A program made the translations under genes and the position numbers. From positions 1-64,000 of the forward strand of contig NIVC01000406.1 in NCBI GenBank assembly GCA_002269645.1: a stretch of DNA of 64,000 nucleotides. Reading direction: 5' to 3'. This stretch comes from Macrostomum lignano. Lineage: Eukaryota. Every line of letters begins with the position of its first letter. Positions within the stretch are counted from its first letter, which is position 1. This document shows, one piece after another, positions 40,198 through 54,300 of the stretch. Under the pieces are notes generated by a model. The model had not been told where the DNA came from, searched no databases, and saw only the letters and a list, made by a program, of their open reading frames with translations.

Positions 40198-40469
40198 TTA
40201 TTGATTTTGCCACTGATGGCTGTGTCACTTCTGATTAGCTTTGTTATGGGTTTATTTTCTGTCGCTTAGGATTGCAATTGACTAAAGTGCTTTGAGTAAA
40301 TGATTTCAGGGTAGCCTTGCTATACTGATACTTTACCTTGTTAGGATTTTGATTTATCCAGGCGTATGACATTGGGATCTCAGATTTAAGGGTTCAGAAA
40401 GTGGAATATCAGATCTGGATTCTAAAACTGTGATCTCGGATTCAGGATTCTGAAATTGGGATGAAGATT

Positions 40470-41360
40470 TTTTAAGATTCTGAAATTGGAATCTTAGATT
40501 TTTGGGATTCTGAAATTGGGATCTTCGATCTGGGATTCTAAAATTGGGATTTTAGATTTGGGATTCTGAAATTGAGATCTTAATTCGGGATTCTGAAATC
40601 GGGATCTTAGATTTTTGGGATTCTGAAATCGGGATCTTGGATTTTTGGGATTCTGAAATCGGGATCTTGGATTTTTGGGATTCTGAAATCGGGATCTTAG
40701 ATTTTTGGGATTCTGAAATCGGGATCTTGGATTTTTGGGATTCTGAAATCGGGATCTTAGATTTTTGGGATTCTGAAATCGGGATCCTAGATTTTTGGGA
40801 TTCTGAAATTGGGATCCTAGATTTTAGGGATTCTGAAATTGGGATCCTAGATTTTTGGGATTCTGAAATTGGGATCCTAGATTTTAGGGATTCTGAAATT
40901 GGGATCCTAGATTTTTGGGATTCTGAAATTGGGATCCTAGATTTTTGGGATTCTGAAATTGGGATCCTAGATTTTTGGGATTCTGAAATTGGGATCCTAG
41001 ATTTTTGGGATTCTGAAATTGGGATCCTAGATTTTTGGGATTCTGAAATTGGGATCCTAGATTTTTGGGATTCTGAAATTGGGATCCTAGATTTTTGGGA
41101 TTCTGAAATTGGGATCCTAGATTTTTGGGATTCTGAAATTGGGATCCTAGATTTTTGGGATTCTGAAATTGGGATCCTAGATTTTTGGGATTCTGAAATT
41201 GGGATCCTAGATTTTTGGGATTCTGAAATTGGGATCTTCGATCTGGGATTCTAAAATTGGAATCTTGGATTTGGGATACTGGAACTGGGATCTTAGATTT
41301 TTGGGATTCAAAAATATTGATTTTAGATTCGGGATTCTAAAAATGGGATTTCGGATTTGA
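40470..41360. repeat. 30-bp minisatellite (TTTTTGGGATTCTGAAATTGGGATCCTAGA)n
   Basis: Directly visible; produces the spurious ORF 40637-41254. Confidence 0.95.
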
Positions 41361-42487
41361 TTTGGGATTCTGGAACGAACTGTTATCTTAGATTTATGAT
41401 TGTGAAATCATTAAGAGTATTTCTATTGACCAATTTTGCTTAAATTTGTTCGAATTCATTCAAAAATTGCTTGCGGTTTTCAGTGTTTTAATCAACTATG
41501 AAAAATTGATTACAGAATATTCTTGTGGTGTTGGCACGCGGTGTCATTTCAGTTTAATTTTGTCTGTGTGTTTGGCTTGAATTTGTCATTTTTTGTGCCT
41601 TGGATGGAAATCAGTTGGGAGCAATCATTACTTGGTATTAAAGAGCATTCTGATTATTATTATAGGCATAAATTTCACGCACGCGCACAATATGTCGTTC
41701 TTCCACTGTTGAATTTTTTAAGAGCATAAAATCCATTTTGTTTGTTAACTAGTTTTGATTGATTGTTGTTTCAATTTTCCTCTTGTCAATTGGTATTTTA
41801 TATAACTTATGCACAGTTTTAGTGTCAATCGGCGTTCGCCTACTGTCAGTAATACGTTGGATTTTTTGTTGTTTTTTTAATCAATGAAATTTTAGAAAGA
41901 AACTCTAAGATTTCCGATTCCCTAGTCGTGTAATTAGATTTGTAATGATGAAGCTAGATTGGATCACTGGGATAATTCCAACTACGAGTATGTAGTCATG
42001 AATTCTGTAAGAGCAAAAGTGATTAAAATAAAATATAATCAAAAACCCGCACCTTTATAAACCCTCTAAAACAGGTGTTGTGCTTTATTTTGTTCATCTT
42101 CTGCACTGTTTGCTTTTTCTCTCGTTATTTTGTATTTTTTTAATTTTTTTTCTTGTCTGTGTGCCTGCGTGTGTTTTTAACAGTAAAGAATGCAACACTC
42201 ATTTCCTTTGCGTATTTTGCTTCCCGTGTGTTTACATTAATTCAGTTGACATCAATAATGTTCGCAATAAATGACCATTAATTAATTATCTAATCTTCTC
42301 ATCTTCAGCACCCTGTTGGCAGGCGCTGCCCCCCTAATGCTGGGTTCTGGATTTTGATTCTGAAAAGTCTGAAAACTTAAGTATTTAATTGGTGATTTTT
42401 GAGCTGCTTTGCCAATCTGGGCTTCTTCAAAATATTGTAAAGCCGTTTTCATGCAATTTACTTTTATTTATTTTCTCGGTTTAGGCA

Positions 42488-43291
42488 CGTTTCCCCCTAG
42501 TGTTTATGTAGGGTTTCCCCCTAGTGTTTATGTAGGGTTTCCCTAGTGTTTATGTAGGGTTTCCCTAGTGTATATGTAGGGTTTTCCCTAGTGTTTATGT
42601 AGGGTTTTCCCTAGTGTTTATGTAGGGTTTTCCCTAGTGTTTATGTAGGGTTTCCCCCTAGTGTTTATGTAGGGTTTCCCCCTAGTGTTTATGTAGGGTT
42701 TCCCCCTAGTGTTTATGTAGGGTTTCCCCTAGTGTTTATGTAGGGTTTCCCCTAGTGTTTATGTAGGGTTTCCCCTAGTGTTTATGTAGGGTTTTCCCTA
42801 ATGTTTATGTAGGGTTTTCCCTAGTGTTTATGTAGAGTTTCCCCTAGTGTTTATGCAGGGTTTCCCCTAGTGTTTATGTAGGGTTTCCCCTAGTGTTTAT
42901 GTAGGGTTTTCCCTAGTGTTTATACAGGGTTTCCCCTAGTGTTTAGACAGGGTTTCCCCTAGTGTTTAGACAGGGTTTCCCCTTGTGTTTATACAGGGTT
43001 TCCCCTTGTGTTTAGACAGGGTTTCCCCTAGTGTTTAGACAGGGTTTCCCCTAGTGTTTATACAGGGTTTCCCCTAGTGTTTAGACAGGGTTTCCCCTAG
43101 TGTTTAGACAGGGTTTCCCCTAGTGTTTAGACAGGGTTTCCCCTAGTGTTTAGACAGGGTTTCCCCTAGTGTTTAGACAGGGTTTCCCCTAGTGTTTAGA
43201 CAGGGTTTACCCTAGTGTTTAGACAGGGTTTCCCCTTGTGTTTAGACAGGGTTTCCCCTAGTGTTTAGACAGGGTTTCCCCTTGTGTTTAG
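42488..43291. repeat. About 22-bp minisatellite (CTAGTGTTTATGTAGGGTTTCCC grading to CTAGTGTTTAGACAGGGTTTCCC)
   Basis: Directly visible; ends about 120 bp upstream of the MOCS3 ATG. Confidence 0.95.
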
Positions 43292-43409
43292 AATGACTGA
43301 ATAATTAATATTTGCAATGCTTCGCCATTTAACCTGAAATTAAATAATCTAAATCGTTAACAATAACGCTCATGCGGTTTTTAAAACTTCAACTAATAAA
43401 TAAACAGCA

Positions 43410-44423
43410 ATGGCTAGCAAAGACAGTGCGGTGGCTCACAGCCTCACAAACCCCGAGATCAGTCGCTACAGTCGGCAGTTAATTATGCCCGAAATTGGCG
43501 TCGCCGGTCAAATGGCTTTGAAGTCCAGCCGGGTGCTAATTATCGGCGCGGGGGGTCTGGGCTGCCCTGCCGCTATCTACCTGGCCGCTGCTGGGGTTGG
43601 TGAGTGCTCGCTGACCATTCTGTGTGGGGCTAAAATTAGCCCAGCTTGATCTGGCTTCATTTATAAATACTAGTCAGTATAATGATCACTCACATTAGGG
43701 CCCAATAATAAAATCACTCTCTTGGGCGATTTCAAATGGAAAATCACTCTCTTGGCTCCCTAATGGAAAATCACTCTCTTGGATCCCTAATGGAAAATCA
43801 GTCTCTTGGATCCCTAATGGAAAATCACTCTCTTGGATCCCTAATGGAAAATCACTCTCTTGGATCCCTAATGGAAAATCACTCTCTTAGATCCCAAAAT
43901 TCCCAATGGAAAATCACTCTCTTAGATCCCAAAATTCCCAATGGAAAATCACTCTCTTAGATCCCAAAATTCCCAATGGAAAATCACTCTCCCTTTAATC
44001 CTCCGCAGGCCACATAGGCATAGTGGATCACGACAATGTTGAGCTGAGCAATCTGCATCGCCAGATTCTGCACACAGAATCTGCTATTGGCACACCTAAA
44101 GCCGTCTCTGCTGCTGAGCAGTGCCGCAGGTAATTTTTTGCTTTTACAGGTAGGCAATGTTAGTAGACTTGGTAAACTTTATTTAATTAATGCTGTTGGT
44201 TTTATTTATTTTTCTCTCAGGCTAAATTCAAGCATTACTTTGGAGCCGATCACAGAGAAATTTACTAACAAAGTGGCTATGAACATTGTTAGTCGGTGAG
44301 TTCAATTATCAAATTAAATACTGTTTTTGATAGTGCTAAGCAAGTACGAGTAAATAAAATACTGTAATAAGTGTTGTATATGATGTACTACTACTACCAC
44401 TACTACTACTACTACTACTAATG

Positions 44424-44456
<33 letters not shown>

Positions 44457-44540
44457 GTGCTACTACTACCACTACTACTACTACTAGTACTACTACTGCT
44501 ACTACTACCACCACTACAACTACTAGTACTACTACTACTG

Positions 44541-44586
<46 letters not shown>

Positions 44587-45393
44587 TACTACTACTAGTA
44601 CTACTACTACTGCTACCACTACTACTACTACTAATGCTACTACTACTACTACTAGTACTACTACTACTGCTACCACTACTACTACTACTAATGCTACTAC
44701 TACTACTACTACTAGTACTACTACTAATGCTACTACTACTACTATTAATGCTACTCCTACTACTACTAATGCCACTACTACTACTACTAATGCTACTACT
44801 ACTACTACTAGTACTACTACTACTGCTACTACTACCACCACTACTACTACTAGTACTACTACTACTGCTACTACTACCACTACTACTACTACTAGTACTA
44901 CTACTACTGCTACTACTACCACCACTACTACTACTACCACTACGCTCGTAGTACTACTACTACTACTACCACCACTACTACTACTAGTACTACTACTACT
45001 GCTACCACTACTACTACTACTAATGCTACTACTACTACTACTAGTACTACTACTACTGCTACCACTACTACTACTACTAATGCTACTACTACTACTACTA
45101 CTAGTACTACTACTAATGCTACTACTACTACTATTAATGCTACTCCTACTACTACTAATGCCACTACTACTACTACTAATGCTACTACTACTACTACTAG
45201 TACTACTACTACTGCTACTACTACCACCACTACTACTACTAGTACTACTACTACTGCTACTACTACCACTACTACTACTACTAGTACTACTACTACTGCT
45301 ACTACTACCACCACTACTACTACTACTACTACTACGCTCGTAGTACTACTACTACTACTACCACCACTACTACTACTAGTACTACTACTACTG

Positions 45394-45436
<43 letters not shown>

Positions 45437-48400
45437 TACTACTACTAGTACTACTACTACTGCTACCACTACTACTACTACTAATGCTACTACTACTACT
45501 ACTAGTACTACTACTACTGCTACCACTACTACTACTACTAATGCTACTACTACTACTACTAGTACTACTACTAATGCTACTACTACTACTATTAATGCTA
45601 CTCCTACTACTACTAATGCCACTACTACTACTACTAATGCTACTACTACTACTACTAGTACTACTACTACTGCTACTACTACCACCACTACTACTACTAG
45701 TACTACTACTACTGCTACTACTACCACTACTACTAGTACTACTACTACTGCTACTACTACCACCACTACTACTACTACTACTACGCTCGTAGTACTACTA
45801 CTACTACTACCACCACTACTACTACTAGTACTACTACTACTGCTACCACTACTACTACTACTACTACTACCACCACTACTACTACTAGTACTACTACTAC
45901 TGCTACCACTACTACTACTACTACTAATGCTACTACTACTACTACTAGTACTACTACTACTGCTACCACTACTACTACTACTAATGCTACTACTACTACT
46001 ACTACTAGTACTACTACTAATGCTACTACTACTACTATTAATGCTACTCCTACTACTACTAATGCCACTACTACTACTACTAATGCTACTACTACTACTA
46101 GTACTACTACTACTGCTACCACTACTACTACTACTAATGCTACTACTACTACTACTACTAGTACTACTAGTAATGCTACTACTACTACTATTAATGCTAC
46201 TCCTACTACTACTAATGCCACTACTACTACTACTAATGCTACTACTACTACTACTAGTACTACTACTAATGCTACTACTACTACTAGCCCTTGCCCGATA
46301 TCCCTTCTCAACCCGCAGCTTCGACCTGGTGCTGGACTGCACAGACAACGTGGCCACCCGCTATCTAATCAATGACGCCTGCGTCCTAGCCGGCAAGCCG
46401 CTGGTATCCGGCGCTGCTCTCGGCTTTGAAGGGCAACTCTGCGTGTACAATCACCGCGGCGGGCCGTGCTACCGGTGTCTGCACCCGGCCCCGCCTCCAC
46501 CCGAGACCGTGGTGTCCTGCGCCGAGGGTGGCGTACTGGGTTTAGTGCCAGGCATTATTGGTAGCATGCAGGTATAATAATTCATGTCCTGTCATGTCCT
46601 TCTCTGTCACCTCGCATTTCCTCCGTTACTATCCCTCGCTTCCCCCCTCTATCCTTCCCCATCCCCCCTCGGTTCCTCCCTCTATCCTTCCCTATCCCCC
46701 TCGCTTCCCCACTCTATCCTTCCCCATTTCCCCTCGGCTCCTCTCTCTATCCTTCATTCTTTCCCCATCTCCCCCTCGCTTCCCCTCTCTATCCTTCCCC
46801 ATCTCCTCTCGCTTCCTCTCCTATCCTTCCCCATCTCCCCCCTCGCTTCCCCTCTCCTATCCTTCCCCATCTCCCCCCTCGCTTCCCTCTCTATCCTTCC
46901 CCATCTCCCCTCGGCTCCTCTCTCTATCCTTCATTCCTTCCCCATCCCCCCCTCGCTTCCCCTCTCTATCCTTCCCCATCTCCTCTCGCTTCCTCTCCTA
47001 TCCTTCCCCATCTCCCCCCTCGCTTCCCTCTCTATCCTTCCCCATCTCCCCTCGGCTCCTCTCTCTATCCTTCATTCCTTCCCCATCTCCCCCTCGCTTC
47101 CCCTCTCTATCCTTCCCCATCTCCTCTCGCTTCCTCTCCTATCCTTCCCCATCTCCCCCCTCGCTTCCCCTCTCCTATCCTTCCCCATCTCCCCCCTCGC
47201 TTCCCCTCTCTATCCTTCCCCATCTCCCCCTCGGTTCCTCTATCTATCCTTCAAATTCTCCTCATTTCTCATTATTCAGGCTCTGGAAGCAGTCAAAGTA
47301 ATCCTGCAGCCGGTTCAGGCGAAAGCCAATCTGTCAGCTACTGGCGCTGGCACTGAAGAACAGCAGCAGCAGCCGCCGCAGGCGCCCAAACAACAGCTGA
47401 GACTATTCAACGCCTTAGAGAGCTCCCTACGCTGCGTAGCTATCAGGAAACGCTCGCCAGGCTGCGAAGTCTGCGGTCGGGAGCCTCGCATTGTCGACGT
47501 GCGCTCCGTTGATTATGAAGCTTTCTGCGGCCTGCCAGCCTGCGACTTGGTGACGCCAAGGACGCCGCTGCCCGGTCAGACTCGAATCAGCGCCACCGAG
47601 TTTGCTAAGGTTTGTTTTGCAGCTTCACTTGTGTTTAGGCTTGTATTGCCGTTAGCTAGCCAGGTTCTGTAATTTTAGGTCTCTAGACACTAACATCTCG
47701 TCTAAGGACTAGCTTTAGACCTTTGAGAGCCCTATGTGAAGCTTCAGGAGCACATCCAATCTGAAGAGTCTGTTGTACAGCCAGAACCTGAAGGGCCTGT
47801 TTTACACCCAGAACCCGAAGGGCCTAGTGTACACCCAGAACCTAGGGTGTCTGTTGTACACCCAGAACGTAGGGTGTCTGTTGTACACCCAGAACCTAGG
47901 GTGTCTGTTGTACACCCAGAACCTAGGGTGTCTGTTGTACACCCAGAATTTGAAGGCCAATGAAGAGTCTGTTGTACACCCAGAATTTGAAGGCCAATGA
48001 AGAGTCTGTTGTACACCATTGTACACAATGCAACCATTGATTTTAAACCCACGCCACCATCAGGTGTACAATACCGCCGGATCGTCGCCGACAGAACAGC
48101 GATCGCCGCGTCTGCTTCTCGACGTTCGTCCGGAATGCGAGTTCGCCATCTGCCGGCTTCGTGGCAGCCTCAACGTGCCGCTGTCTCGATTGGCCCAGCC
48201 TGTTGGCAAAAGTCTTCTGGCTGAGGCTCTGCAACCTCTGTTAAACAGTTCTTTGGCTGCCGGAGATGCCAGCTTCTGCGATAAGGACAAACTTTTGCCA
48301 GGTGAGCAGGTTTTTCAGTTGCAACTGGAGTTTTTGCTCCAGTAATTCGATTTACTAGAAATTACGTTCTTAAATCTAATTAAAGATCACCCTCAGATCT

Positions 48401-49809
48401 CATCGAAAATCGCCCTCTCGAATCCTGTAAATAATCGCCCTCCAATGCTTATGAAAATTATCCTCAAATCCCAATGCAAAATCAGCCTTGAATACTGCTA
48501 TACATTGGCCTCCAATGCTACCGAAAATAGGCCTTCAATACTACTGAAAATTGGCCTTCAATCCTAGTGTAAAATAGGCCTTCAATACTACTGCAAAATA
48601 GGCCTTCAATACTACTGCAAAATAGCCTTCAATCCTAGTGTAAAATAGGCCTTCAATACTACTGCAAAATAGCCTTCAATCCTAGTGTAAAATAGGCCTT
48701 CAATACTACTGCAAAATAGGCCTTCAATACTACTGCAAAATAGGCCTTTAATACTACTGCAAAATAGGCCTTCAATACTACTGAAAATAGGCCTTCAATA
48801 CTACTGCAAAATAGGCCTTCAATCCTAGTGCAAAATAGGCCTTCAATACTACTGCAAAATAGGCCTTCAATACTACTGCAAAATAGGCCTTCAATACTAC
48901 TGCAAAATAGGCCTTCAATACTACTGCAAAATAGCCTTCAATCCTAGTGTAAAATAGGCCTTCAATACTACTGCAAAATAGGCCTTCAATACTACTGCAA
49001 AAAGGCCTTCAATACTACTGCAAAATAGGCCTTCAATACTACTGCAAAAAGGCCTTCAATACTAATGCAAAAAGGCCTTCAATACTAATGCAAAAAGGCC
49101 TTCAATACTACTGCAAAAAGGCCTTCAATACTAATGCAAAAAGGCCTTCAATACTAATGCAAAAAGGCCTTCAATACTAATGCAAAAAAGGCCTTCAATA
49201 CTACTGCAAAATAGGCCTTCAATACTACTGCAAAATAGGCCTTCAATACTACTGCAAAATAGGCCTTCAATACTACTGCAAAATAGGCCTTCAATGCTAC
49301 TGCAAAATAGGCCTTCAATACTACTGCAAAATAGGCCTTCAATGCTACTGCAAAATAGGCCTTCAATGCTACTGCAAAATAGGCCTTCAATACTACTGCA
49401 AAATAGGCCTTCAATGCTACTGCAAAATAGGCCTTCAATACTACTGCAAAAAGGCCTTCAATACTACAGCAAAATAGGCCTTCAATACTACTGCAAAAAG
49501 GCCTTCAATACTACAGCAAAATAGGCCTTCAATACTACTGCAAAATAGGCCTTCAATATTACCGAAAATCGCGCTGTAGTTAGATTAACAACGACATTTT
49601 TACTCTATTTTTCAACTTAAATTTTTATGCAACAACCATCGCCCTCGCCGTTCCCAGTGTACGTAATCTGTCGCCGTGGCAACGACTCTCAAGTGGCGGT
49701 TCGCATCCTGCAAGAGCAGCTGGCTGACCGGCCCTGCCGTCTAATAGACATTGCTGGCGGCCTCACCGCCTGGGCTGCTCAAGTTGATCGAGAATTCCCT
49801 ATTTATTAA
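43410..49809 (+). CDS. MOCS3: Adenylyltransferase and sulfurtransferase MOCS3/UBA4 (ThiF/MoeB + rhodanese)
   Basis: Exons 43410-43599, 44009-44129, 44221-44295, 46319-46571, 47280-47609, 48064-48301, 49658-49809 with consistent phases. Motifs [47 protein letters not shown], rhodanese loop CRRGNDSQ and C-terminal FPIY. Confidence 0.95.
43715..43990. repeat. 27-bp intronic minisatellite (GGAAAATCACTCTCTTGGATCCCTAAT)
   Basis: Directly visible in MOCS3 intron 1. Confidence 0.9.
44385..46287. repeat. 1.9-kb degenerate (CTA)n trinucleotide array with higher-order structure
   Basis: Directly visible in MOCS3 intron 3; produces poly-V, poly-L and poly-S ORFs. Confidence 0.95.
46600..47245. repeat. 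Polypyrimidine tandem repeat (CCCCATCTCCCCTCGCTTCCCCTCTCTATCCTT-like)
   Basis: Directly visible in MOCS3 intron 4. Confidence 0.9.
47760..48012. repeat. 27-bp tandem repeat (TCTGTTGTACACCCAGAACCTAGGGTG)
   Basis: Directly visible in MOCS3 intron 5. Confidence 0.9.
48520..49560. repeat. 24-bp minisatellite (AAAATAGGCCTTCAATACTACTGC)n
   Basis: Directly visible in MOCS3 intron 6. Confidence 0.95.
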
Positions 49810-50394
49810 TTAATAATTCTTACTAATTAACAGGTCTTTTGTACTATATCAAAAAGATAGGTCACTGAGCTTTGAATATATAAACAGACACTAATAATTT
49901 GATCGATTTTGCTTATAAAGGCAAAGAATGGTGGTTCAGTCAGGATGGCTCCTTTTTTCAAACTCTTGGTGCCCTTCACTTTTAGATTTTTCTTTTAGTC
50001 TGTGTAAAATAAAGTTTGAAAAAATGATTAATTTGCGCATTTCTACTAACAGTAGTATTTTCGTAGTGCATAATTAACGACTTAAGTCTGCTTTTATAGA
50101 AACTCAATTTCCTCTAGGGGATCTGGTAAAAAAATTTCGGGTCAGTTATTTGTTCTCAAATCAGTTTATTCTCGGTGAATTGTTTATTTAATTATTTAAT
50201 GCCAAATATTTGAATTGTATATGTTAATTAGTTCGTATGTTAATGCTTATAAACCCCGAATACATGTTAATGTATTTCTATTTTTAAATTCAGCTGAAAT
50301 TTTTTATCAATTCTTTGTTTATTTAATCTTGTCTACAAAGTGCAAAAAAATCGATAAAAACTTTTTATTACTTTCTTTTTGAAGCGGTCCATGA

Positions 50395-50803
50395 TTAGCT
50401 GCGCCAATTAGATTAGGCTTAGGCTAGACTATGGGGAGAACCCATAGTTTAGGTCACGTGATTTAGCTAGCGATCCGCTCAGCCAATCAGATTAGGCCTA
50501 GGCTAGACTATGGGAAGGAACCATAGTTTAGGTCACGTGATTTAGCTAGCGCTCCGCTCAGCCAATCAGATTAGGCCTAGGCTATGTGGAGGAACCTAGT
50601 TTAGGTCACGTGATTTAGCTAGCGCTCCGCTCAGCCAATCAGATTAGGCCTAGGCTAGACTATGGGGAGGACCCATAGTTTAGGTCACGTGATTTAGCTA
50701 GCGCTCCACTTAACCAATCAGATTAGACCGGACCCATAGTTTAGGTCACGTGATTTAGCTAGCGCTCCGCTCAGCCAATCAGATTAGGCCTAGGCTAGAC
50801 TAT
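50395..50803. repeat. About 79-bp tandem array (5 copies plus partial), each unit with E-box GTCACGTGA and CCAAT box GCCAATCAG, upstream of Aurora kinase
   Basis: GTCACGTG at 50453, 50532, 50605, 50684, 50745; a CCAAT box follows each about 20 nt later. Confidence 0.9.
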
Positions 50804-51376
50804 AGTTAGCACGGAAGAAAAATACGATTGGGGTGGCTGTTGATTGAGCTTCCTCCCTCGTCCTTATCTATAAGGCAATTTAGGTGTAAATGTAATCAGT
50901 TAATTTCTTGTTTAATCCAAGCTGCCGTAAATCGGTTTTAATTATGTTTTACTTATATTTACTTACTAATATGCTTGCTATATCCAGAGTCAGTGTTTTT
51001 AGTCAGACTGAGTAAGTACGTAAATAAAATACAAGTTTTAATGCTTTCAAAGCTATTTTGGAGACTGATAATTTATTGTAGCTTTTATTACTTTTTCTAC
51101 TTTTGAAGTAGTATGTAGGCTATTATTTATGCTATTCACACTCATGAGAGTCAGCCCCCAAAGCCACAGAGAGTGTGCATTCCTGACGACACTGAGACTT
51201 GAACTGAATTGGGCTGAGGCTAATTCCGCTTTTGGCCATAGACTAAAGAAACACTTTATCCACTCTCGAGCTCGAATTGAATGTCATTCCGCATTTTACA
51301 CTAAATATTCCAGCCGTTAACTTCACTTAAACGCAAATTCGACGCGTCCAGTAGTCGAGTTCAAGCCACCGCTAGC

Positions 51377-54300
51377 ATGGAATCCACGGCCAACAGTAAG
51401 AAGAAAACCGATGTTGATACCGCCGCTACTAAGAAACGCTTGCCAGTGTCATCGGCAGCGTCATCTTATCGCTTGCCTGTGCCGCATCAGCAGCCGGCAT
51501 CGCGTGTCCAATCTCAGTTGAGGCCGCCAGCCGCAGGCGCTAGATTTGGTGCTGGATCTGCTGCTACTGCTGCCGGTACTGCCACTTCAGCTAAAGAGAA
51601 CAAGCGACCATTGGTATCGGCAACAGCAGCCGCTGGAGGCCGATACCAGCTGCAACATCCGGCGCCTAGACCTGCAGCTGGCCAGGCGCATCCTCCTTCA
51701 TCAACATCTGCTGCGGCTGCGGCTAAGACCGCCGCTGCCAATGCCGCGGCCCTCAGACTCCGGGCCGCTGCTGCCGCTGCCGCCGCGTCAACTCCAGCAG
51801 CAGCTTCAGCCTCTTCGTCATCCTCTGTGTCAGCTTCAACTTCGGAGCGCTTAAAACAGCTGACGGTGTCGTCTGCTGCCAAGCTGGCCCAGCAGGACAA
51901 GCTGAAATCCGCCACTAATATCGATATGATTAGGGCTAAGCTGAAGCAGACTGTTGCTGTCGATGCTGCTGCCTCTGGTTCCGCCTCAGCATCCGCCTCA
52001 GCTGCCGCTCCGTCTTCATCCGATGCCGATGCAGCCGCTAAACTGGGCCAAGTGAAGCTGGACGCCAACGGTCCAACTGGCGATATTAATCGTGAGGACA
52101 AGGAAACGCTCAGCGATACAATTTGTCGATTAGAATGCGAGGGGGACAATGAGCAGTCTGACAAGCAGAAGTCTGTTCGGCAGCAGAAACAGGTAAAGAT
52201 CGATTCTTCATCGATTTTTAGTTACAAGAATTCTTATGTGAAATACAGTTTTTATATTCTACTTAAGATTTAAAAATCCTAATCCAAAACTTATAAGCCC
52301 CTTGATTCTCCATCTCAAACTTAGGAATCCCCACCCCAAACTTTAGAATCCCCATCCAAATCTCGGGAATCCCCATCCAAATCTCGGGAATCCCCATTCA
52401 AATCTCGGGAATCCCCATCCAAATCTCGGGAATCCCTATTCAAATTTCGGGAATTCCCATCAAAATCTTGGGAATCACTATTCAAAACTGGGGAATCCCC
52501 ATTCAAATCTCGGGAATCCCCATCCAAATCTCGGGAATCCCTATTCAAATTTCGGGAATTCCCATCAAAATCTTGGGAATCACTATTCAAAACTGGGGAA
52601 TCCCCATTAAAATCTCGGGAATTCCCATCTAAATCTTGGGAATCACTTTTCAAAACTCGGGAACCCCATTCAAATCTCGGGAATCCCGATTCAAATCTTA
52701 GAAATTTGCATTCAAATCTCGGGAAGAATCCTTATCTAAATCTTGGGAATCCCCATTCAAAACTCGGGAATTCCCACAAAGACTTAGTAAGGCATACTGT
52801 TCCTTGCTGCAACAATTCAGAAGAATCTGCAATATTCAATAATATCAGGATTCGGGTCAGCAACACCAGCAGCAGCAGCAGCAACAACAGCAGCGCCAAC
52901 GGGAGCAATGGTCAATCCAAGACTTCGACATTGGCCAGATGCTTGGCCGCGGCAAATTCGGCTGCGTATTCCAGGGCCGCGAGAAGCGATCAGGTTTCCT
53001 AGTCGGCTTGAAGATCCTATTCAAGGCTCAGATTGATAAGTACGCCATTCACAATCAGATTCGCCGCGAAATTGAAATCCAAAGCCACCTGCAGCATCCC
53101 AATATCCTGAGACTGTACGCCTATTTTCACGATCCCCGGCGAGTCTACCTGGTGCTGGAGTTTGCCAGCGGCGGCGAACTCTTCAAAATGTTGTCCTCTG
53201 CCAGCCGCTTCAGCGACAGGCGGGCGGCCACCTACATCTATCAGCTGCTGCACGCGCTGCGCTACTGCCACTCGCTCAATGTCTATCATAGGGATATTAA
53301 GCCCGAGAACCTGCTGCTGTCCGGCAGCGGAGCGCTTAAGGTATTCTCTGCTCCCTGCATCTCCCCTGCTCCCTGCATCTCCTCTGCTCCCTGCATCTCC
53401 CCTGCTCCCTGCATCTCCTCTGCTCCCTGCATCTCCCCTGCTCCCTGCATCTCCTCTGCTCCCTGCATCTCCCCTGCTCCCTGCATCTCCTCTGCTCCCT
53501 GCATCTCCCCTGCTCCCTGCATCTCCTCTACTCCCTGCATCTCCCCTGCTCCCTGCATCTCCCCTGCTCCCTGCATCTCCTCTGCTCCCTGCATCTCCCC
53601 TGCTCCCTGCATCTCCTCTGCTCCCTGCATCTCCCCTGCTCCCTGCATCTCCTCTGCTCCCTGCATCTCCCCTGCTCCCTGCATCTCCTCTGCTCCCTGC
53701 ATCTCCCCTGCTCCCTGCATCTCCTCTGCTCCCTGCATCTCCCCTGCTCCCTGCATCTCCTCTGCTCCCTGCATCTCCCCTGCTCCCTGCATCTCCTCTG
53801 CTCCCTGCATCTCCCCTGCTCCCTGCATCTCCTCTGCTCCCTGCATCTCCCCTGCTCCCTGCATCTCCTCTGCTCCCTGCATCTCCCCTGCTCCCTGCAT
53901 CTCCTCTGCTCCCTGCATCTCCCCTGCTCCCTGCATCTCCTCTGCTCCCTGCATCTCCCCTGCTCCCTGCATCTCCTCTGCTCCCTGCATCTCCCCTGCT
54001 CCCTGCATCTCCTCTGCTCCCTGCATCTCCCCTGCTCCCTGCATCTCCTCTGCTCCCTGCATCTCCCCTGCTCCCTGCATCTCCTCTGCTCCCTGCATCT
54101 CCCCTGCTCCCTGCATCTCCTCTGCTCCCTGCATCTCCCTGCTCCCTGCATCTCCTCTGCTCGCTGCATCTCCCCTGCTCCCTGCATCTCCCCTGCTCCC
54201 TGCATCTCCTCTGCTCCCTGCATCTCCCCTTCTCCCTGCATCTCCCCTGCTCCCTGCATCTCCTCTGCTCCCTGCATCTCACCTGCTCCCTGCATCTCAC

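Noticed and set aside
42488-43291. Telomere-like or G-quadruplex satellite (TAGGG core)
   Set aside because: The unit is about 22 bp with a single GGG run and no TTAGGG arrays; an ordinary minisatellite.
50395-50803. CRISPR array (also considered for the 69-bp, 45-bp and 43-bp repeats)
   Set aside because: Units are head-to-tail tandem copies without unique spacers, there are no cas genes, and the context is eukaryotic.
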